Program-made: the position numbers and the translations under genes
Assembly (NCBI GenBank): GCA_965113315.1
Contig: OZ220369.1
Strand: one strand, 5' to 3'
From: Podarcis vaucheri
Taxonomy: Eukaryota
DNA: 64,000 nucleotides
Shown: in pieces, positions 62,066 through 64,000 of the stretch
How the letters are laid out: each line of letters opens with the position of its first letter
How positions within the stretch are numbered: the stretch's first letter is position 1
Notes under the pieces: model-generated
What the model was told of the DNA's origin: nothing
The model's input: the letters and a program-made list of their open reading frames with translations, nothing else
Database searches by the model: none

Positions 62066-64000
62066 AGGTGACCACACCCCCACTGACAAACAGTAAGCCA
62101 AGAGTGAACTCTCCATGAGAAACGGTCCACCACCCTGATCCAGCTCAACGTAGTCAACACTGAACCCAGGGGTCATCTACATGCAAAGCATGTCCCCTAC
62201 ATCCCTTTCCCAAGGCAGATATTAAGATGGTATTTTGTTTTACTGCAGAGGAATTTCCCTTGTGTTGCTCAGCATTGTCTGCAACTCTGCATTGAACGCA
62301 AGTGGCTCTGCAGGACCTCAGAAGAGGGTCTTTCTTGGCCCTCCCAGGTGATGGAACCTGAGACCTTCTGCATGCAATTTGACCCTTCTCCACATGCCTG
62401 CTTCAAAAGAGTCTTTACAGGTAAAAACACCCATACCTGAATGGCTTTCACCATGAGATTTCTGTCCAGATCATGGTCAGAATTGGCAAGAGAAGATGTA
62501 TCACACTCTCCCAATCCTGGTGCTTTCCATATGTTTTGGACTACAGTTCTCATGGTGGCTGGGGCAGATGGAAGTTATAGTCCAAAGCATCTGGAAAGCG
62601 CCAAGTTGGCGAGGACAGACGTGCAAGAAGCTTCTAGCTGGCTCTGAAGCAGGAGGCAGGAGCAAACTCATAACAAAAGGAACAAAACAAAAGCTGAAGG
62701 TGCAAAAGCAATTGGGAAAGTTAACTGCTTTCAATACGGCAGTGGTCCTGTGAATTCTTTAAATTCAAAAAGTCAAAGAAAGCAGTCATTAATTGTTTCA
62801 TCAAAGTCTGCAACACAGCACCCCCTTGTGTCACACTGATGCAAGTGATGCTGCCTCACCTTACCAATTAAGTTTGTGTGTGTGTGTGCATGCGCACGCG
62901 GGCAGCGTCACCTTCCCTCACAAACTCTAGCAGTAAAATACTTCTTCTTGGTACAGGTGGACCCACAGAAGTAGCTGACTCCCCATTGCGTTTTCAGGGT
63001 GGGCACTGCAAAACAGAGGTACTTTGCCCCTGCTTGAAAGGGTAGATACAACCCAAATGTTAGGGCTGCCCAGACACCTTCAGGTGAATTGTGTTTGACT
63101 TGTAAAAACTGTTTTACTCTTCCACTGAAATTCCTCAAATGTGACATCCAAGAAGGAAAGCCAAGTTTCTCCTAAACTGGCGAAACACAGTGGACAAGTG
63201 AGAGAAAGTCCATTTGGTTCCCCTTTTAATGAAAGTTGGCCTAAAATGCAACTACCCTCTGAAATTCACACTTCTCCAGATCTTGCAAAGAGAGAATATT
63301 GCAAAAAGTGTGCATTTTAGGCAATATTGCATACAAAAATTAGAAGAAATGTGGTCTAAAGTGTTGACAACTTGTTTGAAGATTATGTGAGGAACTGTAC
63401 CAAAGACTGGAAAAACAAGAAACAAGAAACAGGAAAGTGAAATTGACAGATCCATCCGTTCTTAATCTAGGCACGTGCAAAAACACTGGAGAAACTGAGC
63501 TAGTCTCAGCAAAACCTGTCTATGAACCTGGCTCTATGAAAAATTACAGAATTAGATGAGCTTTACTTCCTTCAAAACCCATAAGTGATTGAGAGAGCAG
63601 CAGAGCTGGGGGAGAGGGGATTTCTTTGTTAGCACTTCATCATAAGCAGGGCAGGGACTTTTAAACTATGGTCAGTCATAACTAGCTAATAATTATCTTG
63701 AACAGATAAAATTATCTTGCTACAGATCTGCAGAGCTCTGTTGGTGCCTGATGGTTCCCACCTTCCCAGTGCCCACTAGGACTCCTCCTCCCCAGAGTCT
63801 CTTTCACACAATCAAATTAGTAAGTGTGTGGAGAATGAAGGTCATGGTTATCCACTGAGGTGGCTTTCAGCTCCCACCTATGCCACGTATGAAAAAGCAA
63901 CCACAAGAAAAAGCACCTTCAGGAGCCAAAACTAGAAGATGAGGGCCGGAAGTCATGACCACCCATGGGTGGCTTTCAGCAACCACCTTTCAAGTTTGCA

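Overview
Vertebrate genomic DNA, almost certainly a squamate and probably a lacertid lizard (inferred from Sauria SINE, BovB/RTE, CR1 and L2 content). The window covers the 5' part of the adhesion GPCR gene ADGRB2 (BAI2) on the minus strand. It contains a candidate 5'UTR exon (61526-61949), the large first coding exon (38937-39732), an 84-nt linker exon (21225-21308) and two 165-nt thrombospondin type-1 exons (11555-11719, 828-992). The gene continues beyond the left edge. The introns are TE-rich. The standout object is a 1.17-kb betaretrovirus-like proviral insertion (9138-10306, 6-bp TSD CAGCCA, tRNA-Met PBS) in the intron between the two TSR exons. Its gag matrix region is fused in frame to 321 nt of host nesprin-2 (SYNE2)-like coding sequence in circularly permuted exon order (3' half of exon B, then exon A, then 5' half of exon B). 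This looks like exactly one turn of a back-spliced circular RNA, captured by retroviral template switching and fixed in the genome. The same provirus also shows a U5-PBS duplication and a 3' LTR reduced to roughly U5, both consistent with aberrant reverse transcription. Protein and TE family assignments come from my recall of known sequences, not database searches.
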